Assembly: GCA_002269645.1 (NCBI GenBank)
Contig: NIVC01001779.1
Span: 174,310 to 238,309 of the forward strand
DNA length: 64,000 nt
DNA from: Macrostomum lignano
Lineage: Eukaryota
Direction of reading: 5' to 3'
Shown here: in pieces, positions 11,399 to 23,978 of the stretch
Layout: each line of letters begins with the position of its first letter
Numbering within the stretch: position 1 is the first letter of the stretch
The notes under the pieces: generated by a model
Told to the model about the DNA's origin: nothing
Databases searched by the model: none
The model's input: the letters and a program-made list of their open reading frames with translations, nothing else
Made by a program: the position numbers and the translations under genes

Positions 11399-13243
11399 CT
11401 GCAACAGAGCCCGACTCTTGTGCTTCTTTAGGCAGCGCAAGGCAACGAAATCGGCCACATCAATGTTGGGCATGCTGTCAACAGTCAGCATTGGCTGCGG
11501 CCTTGGCGCCTGCATGTCCAGTCTTGTCAGGGTCTCCTTCAGTTCGCTGTCATAGAGACTCTTGCTAGCCAAAGTTTTGCCCCGAGACGCCAGGGAGATT
11601 GCAGCAACCCACTGGGCGTACTGGTCTTTGGTCTCGCAGCGGAGCCACACCTCTTGCATTAGTCCGGACTGGGTCAGGATGAACAAGCGGATGCCAAACT
11701 TTCTGGTAGTCATGTTCAAATCCGGCACAACTTCGGCATTTTTTAAATTGAACGACTCAACAAAGGCGGCCATTTGACTAGCTGCGGCCTGGTCCGGGTA
11801 CAGGTAGAGCGTCGTATCTCGCAGGGCAAAGAAGTACCGTTTGTAGTTCTTCAGAGTGAAACGTTTGGGTTTGAAAAATTTCAGGTAGCCAGAAAGTTCG
11901 GGCACCTCGCGCACCTCTGGCTGCTTCTGTTGAAGATGCTGTTGCTCCGACTGCTGACGTGACAAGTTCCCGATGCCATAGTGCGCGTCCGACATCAGCG
12001 ACATCTCTAGATCGGCCAGTGCAGCGTCGATTTCGTCATCGGCAGCCGTGTCCTCCTCTGTGACTGTAGCCGCCGCAGCGGCAGCGGAAGCCGCAGCGCC
12101 GGAATGTGACGATGTTGCTCGTTGAGGATCGTTTGCCTGTAGATGGGCCTGCAACTGCAGAGCAGCGAGCAGCATCATTTCCTCATCGGTGCAGTCGATC
12201 TCCTCAGTGAGAAGGGACCATTTGACCTGCTCGTAGATCTGGTTGATGCGAATAGCGTCATATTTGATGTTCAAATCGTAGAATGCAAAGTATTTGAATC
12301 GCAGCAGCAGTTCCTCTTCGCAGCCAGGTCGGACGCCCTGCTCCATTAGCGACTTGGACGAGTCCAGCCACGTGACTGACAGCATTGCTCGTTCGGTGTT
12401 GCTTCTCAACCGCTGAAGACCCTTCTCAGTCAGGGCCGTCTGCAACGGCACGTGTGGACTATTGGCCAAGTAGCTCTCGTCGGCACCCTCGAAAGCCAGC
12501 GAGTTGATGGACATCGGCGACATGAGGTTGGCGGACTCTCCTAGCCGAGGACTGCCAGGCGACTTTACCAGGCTGTCCGCTCCGTTTCCGTAGGGCAAAG
12601 TGCCCGCCGTCATTGAAGGCGCCTTCGGAACCAGCGGATTAAAGGCGTCGCTTCGTCTATTGTTCGATAGGCGCTTTCGCGAGTCCATAGTGTCATTGCC
12701 GCCGTTTCTATTGATCGATCGCGATCGGCGCATGCTGCTGAACCGGCTGGACTTGGTTGTCCCGACGCTGTACGCGTAGCCGTCACCGCCGCCGCCGCCG
12801 CCGCCCAGACCGAAATCTGCCGTGTCAATTCGGCGCTTCAGTGAGAGCTCTTCCGGGTGCCGGATGCCCAGATCCTTGCAGATGCTCATCACTACGCTGA
12901 ATACAGTCTGGGAAAAATTGACTCTAAGCTCCTTCTCCTGGAGATCGGGAAGCTGGAGGCGCAGCCAGTTGTGCATCCGATGGAATTCCAGCTTGGCGTC
13001 GGCTTGCACACCATTCTGGTCGAGAGTCTGTCGAGTTTTCAGCAGCCAACAGTTCCTCTCGGGCCACCAGAGCCCATGGTCCGACCAATCAAGCTTAACA
13101 TCGATTGCTTCGACGAGTTTCAGCATGACGCCGCCGATATGCGTCTCGCCGGAGACGCGGATGCGCTTGACAATTTGCAGGTCTTCGACTAGTATGCTGA
13201 GCTCCCAGCTGCCGTCAACGTAAATTCCATGGCCGAGGTCCAT
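11399..13243 (-). CDS. FERMT2: Kindlin exon 1 (F0, F1, split F2 with PH domain); full protein ~784 aa
   Basis: ATG at 13243 gives MDLGHGIYVDGSWELSILV...GETHIGGVMLKLVE...DWSDHGLWW, RHPEELSL, WLDSSKSLMEQG, LLRFKYFAFYDLN and the PH motif ELSGYLKFFKPKRFTLKNYKRY. GTAAAT donor at 11398. Confidence 0.95.
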
Positions 13244-15315
13244 GACGGAGAATCTCAGGCTCAAACTGAACTAGACTGTCGACTGTGTTGTTTATAATAT
13301 CGTCTGGTGGTTTTAGCTCGCGCGCTCGTGTCTTCTAAAAGCAAATGCTTTCTTGATCGAATTAGCTCAACTATCCGTTGCTTTCGGAGTTGCAGAGTCC
13401 ATAAGTAAATTTATTGATTCGTAAAATATTATAATAGATGCTTTTGCTAATAACTATTTTTTCGTCTCTCAACGTAAACGCACTAAGCGCTGTCGATTGT
13501 ATTTCCGTGCAGGAGTAAGTGAACGGCTTTTCCGCTAAGAGCAAAGCAGTACAACTCGCGATAGAAATGTATGCTGGCAAACGGACCCTGGCACTAATAC
13601 TACATATAAAGCCAAAGAAGAGCTCTCTTTTTTGTTTCTGCTCTTGAGTTCGTTTCCGTTCTACTCTTATCAGGCAAAGCCAGGCGTGCTTGAGCGGCCG
13701 CGAAGGGAGGGGGTTAGTGTTATTACAGCTCTCTCTCTCTCTCTCTCTTTGGTTTAGTCTGTATGTGGCGCCCGCCACTCCAAATATGTACGTCTTACAA
13801 ACTGAAATTGGGGCGCTGGGCGGTGGGTAGGGGGTCTCTCGGCTTGAAGAGGGGTGAGTGTGAGGAGGAGGGAGGGCCTGCTTGGGTGGTGGGGTTGGGG
13901 AGGGGTTCCGTGGAATGCGAGCAACACCCCCCCCGGCCGCCTGGCCTGAACCAGGCTATAAAATAGAGAAAAGAGGGGTTGGATTCAGTGCCGGGGGACT
14001 GGGAGCCCCGCCCTCCCCTAATAAGGTAACGGCCTGTCTATGCAAGGCGAGAGGGTTAGAGAGGTACGGAGGGGGTTTACAAAGGTTTGGCGGCTGTTGG
14101 GGCAAAGGCCTGCCCTCGTGGCTTACATTGGGGAATCCCCATTGGCGCGTACACACGGAGGGGGGGCTCAGGGCCTGACTCGGTTTTTTTGCCGGACCTG
14201 TATTGCCTGGCTGTCTGTCTGTCTCTTCTGGAGGGGGAGAGGGCGTTGGAGAGAGAAGGGAGGGAACTCGGGAGCAAAGAGGGGAAGAGAAAAGAAGAAA
14301 AGTGTTGTATGAAGGTAAAAGGACTGGGAAGGGAGGGGAGGGCGTCACCGCCAGTCATAAGTTCCTCTTTTTCTCTCCCGCCGGTTCGCCAGTAAAAATT
14401 AGGCCCTATCCAAATGGATACTTCTACTGTACTCTGCTGATGCTTCGTGCATCCGAGGGGGTGGGGCAAGTTTGATGGGGAATGGCAAACTGGACTGCAT
14501 CCCCCATTTCCTAATCTCTCTCCATGGAGGGGTCAGTTAGTAGAAGAACAGGAGAGGCAGACGGACAGACAGACAGACGGAGATAAAGGCGGGAGAGAAG
14601 TGTGAAGCCCCCAGGATAAGGCCACTTCACTTCCCCTCCACTTTTTTGTCCCTTCCCCATCCCCAATCTCCCCTCTTCATCTGCTAATCCCTTATAATAT
14701 CTACACTACAGAACTGACCCGCACAGGCTTAGTAACTAACGCCAGTCAGTTTCAGGTCTTAGGAGAGGCATCAGCAGTGGGTCTGCAGCGCAATAACAAT
14801 TTTCCTCTGCCTCTATCCCTAATTCTTCCCCAATTTCCGACTGTCCTGAACAAAAAAGATAGGATCCCATTTTGTTGGCTGTTGCTAAGCGGTTCGTTCA
14901 AGTATCCGTTTCCCCGAATCCCCGGCCGTAGCTATGGGTCGGATCCAATGCTAAGTTGCATCTTCCTTCAGTGACTGACTTGCAACTATAGCGGCCTCAC
15001 TTGAATGAGCATAATTTACTGTGGTAAAATCACGCCGCCATATCGAGGGTGTTTTAATAAGGCTAAGGTGTACTTATGCTGCGTCGAATTCTATACAACT
15101 GCTGTTATTATTGTTGATTGGCACACCAAGCGTTGCTGATGGCAACGAATACCAGATACGAGCGTACAAATTAACGAAAGGGAAAATACATACAAAAAAG
15201 TTAGTGAAGACTCGGGGCAAGTTGCATTCTTGTTTGTGTCATGTCTCTGATAAAATTGTCTGGAATTTTCATTTATCTTTATTAGTAATAATTAAGGTAA
15301 AACACTATCCGTGAT

Positions 15316-17365
15316 TTCCTACTCCCTGACATTCAGTGGGGTTGCTACTCCCTGACATTCAATGGGTCAGTGGATTGCTACTCCCTGATATTCAATGGGT
15401 CAGTGGATTGCTACTCCCTGATATTCAGTGGGTTGCTACTCCCTGACATTCAGTGGGGTTGCTACTCCCTGACATTCAGTGGGGTTGCTACTCCCTGACA
15501 TTCAGTGGGGTTGCTACTCCCTGACATTCAGTGGGGTTGCTACTCCCTGATATTCAGTGGGTCAGTGGATTGCTACTCCCTGATATTCAGTGGGTTGCTA
15601 CTCCCTGACATTCAGTGGGGTTGCTACTCCCTGACATTCAGTGGGGTTGCTACTCCCTGACATTCAGTGGGGTTGCTACTCCCTGACATTCAGTGGGGTT
15701 GCTACTCCCTGACATTCAGTGGGGTTGCTACTCCCTGACATTCAGTGGGTTGCTACTCCCTGATATTCAGTGGGTCAGTGGATTGCTACTCCCTGATATT
15801 CAGTGGGTTTCTACTCCCTGACATTCAGTGGGGTTGCTACTCCCTGATATTCAGTGGGTCAGTGGGTTGCTACTCCCTGATATTCAGTGGATTGCTACTC
15901 CCTGACATTCAGTGGGGTTGCTACTCCCTGACATTCAGTGGGGTTGCTACTCCCTGACATTCAGTGGGGTTGCTACTCCCTGACATTCAGTGGGTTGCTA
16001 CTCCCTGACATTCAGTGGGGTTGCTACTCCCTGACATTCAGTGGGGTTGCTACTCCCTGATATTCAGCGGGTCAGTGGATTGCTACTCCCTGATATTCAG
16101 TGGGTTGCTACTCCCTGACATTCAGTGGGGTTGCTACTCCCTGACATTCAGTGGGGTTGCTACTCCCTGACATTCAGTGGGGTTGCTACTCCCTGACATT
16201 CAGTGGGGTTGCTACTCCCTGACATTCAGTGGGGTTGCTACTCCCTGACATTCGGTGGGGTTGCTACTCCCTGACATTCAGTGGGTCAGTGGATTGCTAC
16301 TCCCTGACATTCAGTGGGGTTGTTACTCCCTGATATTCAGTGGGTTGCTACTCCCTGACATTCAGTGGGGTTGCTACTCCCTGATATTCAGTGGGTCAGT
16401 GGATTGCTACTCCCTGATATTCAGTGGGTTGCTACTCCCTGACATTCAGTGGGGTTGCTACTCCCTGATATTCAGTGGGTCAGTGGATTGCTACTCCCTG
16501 ATATTCAGTGGGTTGCTACTCCCTGACATTCAGTGGGGTTGCTACTCCCTGACATTCAGTGGGGTTGCTACTCCCTGACATTCAGTGGGGTTGCTACTCC
16601 CTGACATTCAGTGGGGTTGCTACTCCCTGACATTCAGTGGGGTTGCTACTCCCTGACATTCAGTGGGGTTGCTACTCCCTGACATTCAGTGGGGTTGCTA
16701 CTCCCTGACATTCAGTGGGGTTGCTACTCCCTGATATTCAGTGGGTCAGTGGATTGCTACTCCCTGATATTCAGTGGGTTTCTACTCCCTGACATTCAGT
16801 GGGGTTGCTACTCCCTGATATTCAGTGGGTCAGTGGGTTGCTACTCCCTGATATTCAGTGGGTTGCTACTCCCTGACATTCAGTGGGGTTGCTACTCCCT
16901 GACATTCAGTGGGGTTGCTACTCCCTGATATTCAGTGGGGTTGCTACTCCCTGACATTCAGTGGGGTTGCTACTCCCTGACATTCAGTGGGGTTGCTACT
17001 CCCTGACATTCAGTGGGGTTGCTACTCCCTGACATTCAGTGGGTTGCTACTCCCTGACATTCGGTGGGGTTGCTACTCCCTGACATTCGGTGGGGTTGCT
17101 ACTCCCTGACATTCAGTGGGTCAGTGGATTGCTACTCCCTGATATTCAGTGGATTGCTACTCCCTGATATTCAGTGGGGTTGCTACTCCCTGATATTCAG
17201 TGGGTCAGTGGATTGCTACTCCCTGACATTCAGTGGGGTTGTTACTCCCTGATATTCAGTGGATTGCTACTCCCTGACATTCAGTGGGGTTGCTACCTCC
17301 TGACATTTAGTGGGGTTGCTACTCCCTGATACTCAGTGGGGTCAGTGGATTGCTACTCCCTGACA
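15316..17365. repeat. 26-bp minisatellite (CTACTCCCTGACATTCAGTGGGGTTG) with interspersed 25- and 33-bp variants
   Basis: About 2 kb array read directly. Confidence 0.95.
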
Positions 17366-18084
17366 TGACATTCATTAGGTAATGGCTACATGTATTCTAG
17401 TCAACAATATTAGAATCCATAATTTACCAAAAGTTCTACTAGCAGTAGCAGCGCCAAGTACTGCTTCATTTATATTTTAGTCAGACAAGATTGTTATGCA
17501 TACTACTTGTACATGATATATCACTACGCTTTTATAACACAATTTCTTGTACAAGACAAATTGATTGCTTGGTTAATGAAACCGCGTCTGTAGGTTGTCT
17601 GCAGGTAGCTATAGAATGCGACAATAATATTCATTTAGTATAGCAACAGCTCCTGTCTCAGCTATATACTTAAACGCTCTCGCAGACTTCCTCCTTATCA
17701 GTTTTCTCCCTCTAGGCCATCCAATTATATAGGGAAATGCTCCGCTATCAAATTAGTTTATCCAACATTGCAAAAGCAAGTCCTACACTATGCAGAAGAC
17801 GTTTATGTCAGCTCTTGCAGTGAAAGTGGGCGGCCGCATCTGCGGCAGCAAAAATGAGAATTGCAGATGAACTGGGAAATAAATTGCTATTGCAGCATTC
17901 TGAGGGCTCTGAGCAACAGACAGAATAATTTCATTTTCCCTCGAGTCCTTGCATTTACGAGTAGTCTAGAGCAGAATTCTAAACGAGTCTTGATTGATAG
18001 TTACTACTGCTGAAGATGTTGCTTCTGAACTGACTATTGAACAAAAAGGTCATCTTCTAACAAATATCCTCTGCCTTTCTATTT

Positions 18085-18320
18085 CAGCGGTAGCTCAGTG
18101 AAGGACACAGCAGGGAATGGCGGTAGCTCAGTGAAGGACACAGCAGGGAATGGCGGTAGCTCAGTGAAGGACACAGCAGGGAATGGCGGTAGCTCAGTGA
18201 AGGACACAGCAGGGAATGGCGGTAGCTCAGTGAAGGACACAGCAGGGAATGGCGGTAGCTCAGTGAAGGACACAGCAGGGAATAGCGGTGGACACAGTAG
18301 GGAATAGTGGTAGTGGTAGC
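18085..18320. repeat. 33-bp tandem repeat (GGCGGTAGCTCAGTGAAGGACACAGCAGGGAAT), about 6 copies
   Basis: Unit read directly; lies ~150 bp downstream of the TRP gene stop. Confidence 0.9.
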
Positions 18321-18470
18321 TCAGTGCTGGGTAAGATTCAGATTCAACTTTTACTTAGATCTATTTGAGTAGGAAATCGAGCCATTTATGAGTGGATCTA
18401 AGCATTATAGTGCAGTTAACAATGCAGCGCAGTGATGCTTAGTTACGAAAGAGCTTAGTAATCTAAAAAA

Positions 18471-19139
18471 TCAGTTTGTAATGACTACAGCATCCGCGTC
18501 CGAATCAATGTCTTCAATAGATTGACTCTCTGTTCTTCTATCTTTCCTTTGTTGCAGCAGGAAACTCTCTTGCCGATCGAACAACCTAGCTAGCTGCTCC
18601 TGCGTATCCAGCTGCCTGTCAGCGAGTCGCCGGATTTGCGTTGACAGATGCTGCTGCTGTTGCTGCTGCTGCTGGTGCTGATGAGCTTCTGTATGCAATT
18701 GGCTAAACGCGATATCGTGAGTGCACGATTGATGCAGCTGGTGCTGATGCTGATAAGAGTACTGCTGGTGCGTGAAACGGCGCATAGCGTAGCTCTGACA
18801 GCAGAGACATCTTAGCCAGATATCTCTCCAGCGAGCTTTCAATGACATGGCTTTATTTCTATCCATGCTCCTGCCGCTGCCGCTGCTGCCGTACCTTCCG
18901 CGGCGTTGGCAGTTGTTAATGAAGGAGCCATCTTTCGGAAGCAGTCGGATAAAGCAGAGTCTAGTTAGAAGCCACAGTCCAGCCAGAATGTTCAGCGGTG
19001 GAGGCGGCAAAGTTGGCCTCGACGCGGAGCCAGACCTCGACGCTCGATATCGTCGAAGAAGCCAAGCATCATAGTTTGCTCCTTTCTGATTGGTTGACTC
19101 AACACCGCTTCGATGACTGTCCAACGTCAGAACCATCGA
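18471..19139 (-). CDS. Ankyrin-repeat TRP channel, exon 2 (end of S6, TRP box, Q/H-rich tail, coiled coil)
   Basis: TTTTCAG acceptor at 19140-19146, phase 0. Encodes AWLLRRY...RPTLPPPPLNIL, a TRP box 1/2 resembling TRPM WKFQRY...RPxLPPP. Confidence 0.75.
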   Translation of the reverse strand, partial: SMVLTLDSHRSGVESTNQKGANYDAWLLRRYRASRSGSASRPTLPPPPLNILAGLWLLTRLCFIRLLPKDGSFINNCQRRGRYGSSGSGRSMDRNKAMSLKARWRDIWLRCLCCQSYAMRRFTHQQYSYQHQHQLHQSCTHDIAFSQLHTEAHQHQQQQQQQQHLSTQIRRLADRQLDTQEQLARLFDRQESFLLQQRKDRRTESQSIEDIDSDADAVVITN

Positions 19140-19334
19140 CTGAAAATTAAATTAGGAAAAGCAGATGTTAGCAAATTGTCTGCTGCTGTAATTTAAGCAA
19201 TTCATTTTCTCCTACCAAAGAAAAAGATCCCAGTAGGATAACATCAAATAAGTCTGTGAATTTAAATAAATTAATATCGAGCAAAAGCTGCTCCCCTTTT
19301 ACGAGTAAGCGTCGACCAGTAGACACAGACTCAC

Positions 19335-21898
19335 AGTTAGAAGGACAATTGCTAGTCCGCAAGCTAGACCAAGCAGAACTGCTCCGCCAGCGGGTTCTAA
19401 ACTCAGTAGATGGCCAGAAGGACGAAAGTTATTGCTCGAATTAGCATTATCATTGATCGCTAAATCATTAGACATAGGAGTGTCTTTGAAGGTGCTGAAC
19501 CACTGTAGCATTGGAGTGGCCAGCAGGGCAATGCAGACGGTTGCTGGCCATAGACATTGGCCCAGGGCCGAAGCTTCAACGCGCACGAGAGAGGGGCCTA
19601 GTAATGGAGTGGCCAAACACCAAGTCTGCGCTATCCATAGCCAAGTCACAGTCAGAGCTGTTGTAATCAGAACCGGAAAAAGGAGGCCATCGGGTTGGAT
19701 CCACATAATCAGCAGTGCTGCATAGCCAAGCAAAAGACTTGAAAGCTGAGCCCAGCGTCCCTGATCGTTCAAGCGCATAGAGCAAATGCAGATGTAGCGA
19801 ATCTTTCCAGTCAGGGATGGATGCAGCCGCTGCTTTCTTGAACCGCTCCTACTCCCAAAATTTTGGGCCAGCAGCCTAGTCAACTCTTCGCAAGCAACTC
19901 CGATCAGGAAAGTTATACTGTAACACCAGAATATTGGGTGACTGCTCAATCCGGCAACACCCATCAGAGTAAGAAATAAGACATACATCAGTTGAAAACC
20001 GCACCGGAGCCAATATTGAGCTATTGGTCGAGTCAGGATATCAGTGAGTGACGAGATATTCTTCAAGGTCGAGGACTTCACAGCTTTAATTTTGCTTGAA
20101 CGCTTTCTACCCAGTGCGGCTACCGTTGATTCCTCAATAATAACCTCGCTACTCTCCATATCGCCACCGATCGCGGCAGTCTTGCTTGCTTTGTCTGCCT
20201 CAAACTCGTCGTTTTCAAAGCTTCCAGCTGTGCCACCGTCGTCCAAGTCGATCCCGCTGTCCCCGTTCCAGTCGGCTATCGCAGCTGATCTCATCGCTGG
20301 CAAGAGTCTCAATCGAAACCCCCCAGGTACTGAAACCATGTCCAACAGTGACAATCCGCCAATAGAGGGCCAAGGGCAGCGCAGGAAGGCGTTGCTACCA
20401 GACAGATCTGCAACGGCGCTGACCAACTCCAACGTCCAGCTTTCGCAAGCATCTGCGTCAGCCTCCGCGGAGTAATCGCACTGGCTGCTGTCTCTAAGTT
20501 TGCCCCCGTGTCGGTGGTTTCGAATGAGACAGCAGGTGAGCACCGCTGCCGGAAGCGCGTCTAGATGCTCGCGACGAAGTAATCGGTAAGCCAGGCCGCG
20601 GCGTCCACTCAGGGCAGCCCACAAAGTCAGGCTGGACAGGCGAGAGAGGGACAGTTCGTTAAAACCGCACGTCAGGGCTGCCAGATGACGGGCCTTCGCG
20701 TCATCAGAGAGGTCTGCTGTGACCGATCGAGTGCTGTACAGCGCATGCAGCTTTTCTTCCGTTTCTAATCTTGGACGCAGCCGCTGCCAAAGAGGCGGAC
20801 TTGAGGCCACTGCGTCAACGAGTCGATCTTGACCTCGCAATAGTCCGTGAATAGCGACCAGCTCGGCTAGGTTGTCCAGGGTATCTGGGCAGCGAGTCAG
20901 ACTCCGGATCAGCGACGGCGATGCGGATTCGAGTTGACGCGCTAGCGCCATCGGATCGGGGCGGCGACCGAACAGCAAGCGACGAAGCGTCTCAGATGTT
21001 GTCGAGAAGGATGGTGAAATTGTAGCGGAAACTGTGGCTGGGGTCAACGCTGGCGGCGTTGGGTCCTCACCAAACCTGATAAGCCTGAGGCTGGCGTGAA
21101 ACTGACTAGCCCAGTCATTTTGACAGTCGTCTAATGGGTCAAGATTGTCATCGGCGTGCCTATCGTTCCGTCTGATTAAATGTCGTTGATCGGCGTCGCT
21201 ACAGAGGTGACGCGCCAGGCTAAGAATAAGAGGCCCCGCGCAAGCAAGACGCGGCAGCGCCGTCGCGGTAGCATCTAATGCGGTCGCTCCGCGCCGATCC
21301 CTGGCGCCCAGCTCGGCGCGCAACTCCAACAAAAGTGCAAAAAGTGGCGCATCAGCTCGAATTGCAGCGACGTGAAGCGGACGCTCGCCTGCGCAGCCCT
21401 CCGCGTTTACCAGCGACAGATCGTGGCGCGCCAAGCAGTTAACGGCAGCAAGGCTGCCAGCCAAACAGGCTCGGTGCATCGCCGTGTCTCCGTTGGCGTC
21501 TACAGCTGCGGAATCGGCGCCGTGCAGCAGCAGTAGACGCAGGCAGCCGGTGGAGGCAGCCGACGCGGCCAAATGCAACGGCGTATCGCCCGAGTGTTCA
21601 CCGGGCCCGGGCGCGCGCCTAGAGCAAGCAGAGCGCTGGCTGCCTCGACTGCGTCTGACCTGGCGCAGTAGTGTAGGCCGGTATCGCCGAAACGGTCGCG
21701 AACCTCTGCATCGCCGCCGTGCTTGCCGACTAGGCGGACAATGTCAGCCCGGTTGTCGGCGCACGCCTGGTGCAACAGCCGGGCTCCGGTGGCTTCGTCT
21801 ACAGGCGCATTGATCGGCCGGTCGTTGGCGAACAGGGTCTCTTCCAGCTCGTTGATGACAGACAGTCGGGGCGTTCGAGGACCGGTCGAAGTTGACAT
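19335..21898 (-). CDS. Ankyrin-repeat TRP channel (TRPM/TRPS-like body), exon 1; contains a 1-nt frameshift at 21589-21591
   Basis: ORFs 21500..21898 and 19299..21578 join into 5-6 ankyrin repeats if one G is added. Then LWAALSGRR...AAVLTCCLIR (TRPM-like), six hydrophobic segments with LLGP after S4, and a GTGAGT donor at 19334. Confidence 0.75.
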
Positions 21899-22114
21899 GA
21901 TGGTGGCAGCTATGGGCTGCTGAGGACTTGCCAGAGAGCTCTTCCTTTGAGACGGTTTAGTGCGTCTGTCTTCAAATCGTCACATGAGAAGTGGTACAAA
22001 TGAACTCGACCGGCGAGTCCTTATTGGCTAGCAGCCTGAAAAACTGTTAGCAGAGGCGTTTTTCAGGATTATTATTTTTAGGCTTGACACTTGAGCCAAT
22101 CTTACGACTCAGGC

Positions 22115-22378
22115 TATTTATTACACTTGCCCTAATGAGCCGATGTGCAACCGACAACTCCGCGCATCTGAAAGCTGCGTACGGCTGTTCAGTCCAAGGT
22201 CTGGGGGGTCACCACACACACCTTCAATTACCCCAGCTAATGCTGGTACCGATTATACAGCAGAGTGGACTGAGTTTTTTGCTCAAGGACACAAATTGTT
22301 CCGAGTGGGCCGAGAATCGAACCCCCAACCTTTCATTTGTGAGTTGGGCGCTCTAACGCCTAGGCTACAACCCTTGCC
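22115..22378 (-). mobile_element. tRNA-derived CORE-type SINE copy with an internal deletion in the core
   Basis: Colinear with 37003..37308. The minus strand has an A box (TAGCCTAGGCG), a B box (GGTTCGATTC) and part of the CCTTGAGCAA core. Confidence 0.75.
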
Positions 22379-23319
22379 TTGGGATTCATACAATAGAAAT
22401 AAGGTTTGCCTAGGGGATATAAAACCCACCATGACTTTATTCATTCTCGTCCTCGTATATCTTCTGATACGGTAGTATCGCCAGAAACTATAAGTTAAGC
22501 ACATTTGGCCGCGGTTAGCTTCAATGTACTTTTAAAGTGGCGATGCACATTTAAGAGCCGGATTGGATTAGTGATTTCATCAAAGAAAATTAATCCTCAA
22601 AACTACAGGTTGGATGCACTGTCCAAAAATAACCAGGAAGAAGTATAAAAATCGTTCCCTACAGAGAGGTTTCGATCGGTTAAAGGGGTTGCTGAGAAAA
22701 AGGCTGCAAAGATCGACGAGATAGGCAACTTGAAGCGCCTTACTACCAGAGCTCTCGTGCGCGCGATGGCGATCCGGGCCGCTGGAATTAATTGGATTTT
22801 CTGCCAACCATCGGCCACCGACTCTGCGCACTCCTCACTGCATCCTATACTCTTCATCACGTTCCCGCTCATATCTCTTCGCACTCTCACTTTCTTTTCT
22901 TCTTCCACTTTGCCTCCTGTCTCTCTCAGTTTTCTACTCGGATCTCCCTCCGATTTTATTATTCCCGGCCTCCTCTCCACTCTCTCAAACTTCTCGCGTG
23001 CTCTGGACATTTTTGTCTGAAAGTCGGGCTCCCCCTCACCCGTCCACCCAGGTCGCTATCTGGGTCTCCGCACTTCTGAAAAATGAGGACAGTCTGAAGC
23101 AGCAGCCTTGTTGCTCATGGGCTCGCCAGTGCTCTCTACCGAGTGAGAAACTTTTTTCCCATCTTATTCTCAGTCTCTATGCATCCAGTGTGTTATTTGG
23201 GCGCCGTTTTGCAGCTAAAACTAATCTAATAATTCTATTAGCTATGAGGAATCCGTTTAAGCTAATGAGAACTGTGGCCCAGGCCTGTACCTCATAAACT
23301 GCTTTGCTGACTTACTATG

Positions 23320-23978
<659 letters not shown>

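Noticed and set aside
15316-17365. Regular repeat arrays resembling CRISPR (also 31-33 kb, 38 kb, 42-44 kb)
   Set aside because: Units are head-to-tail with no unique spacers, there are no cas genes, and the context is eukaryotic introns.
19299-19334. Apparent premature stop in the TRP gene at 19299
   Set aside because: It lies inside a phase-0 GTGAGT...TTTTCAG intron (19334..19140); splicing restores S6 and the TRP box.
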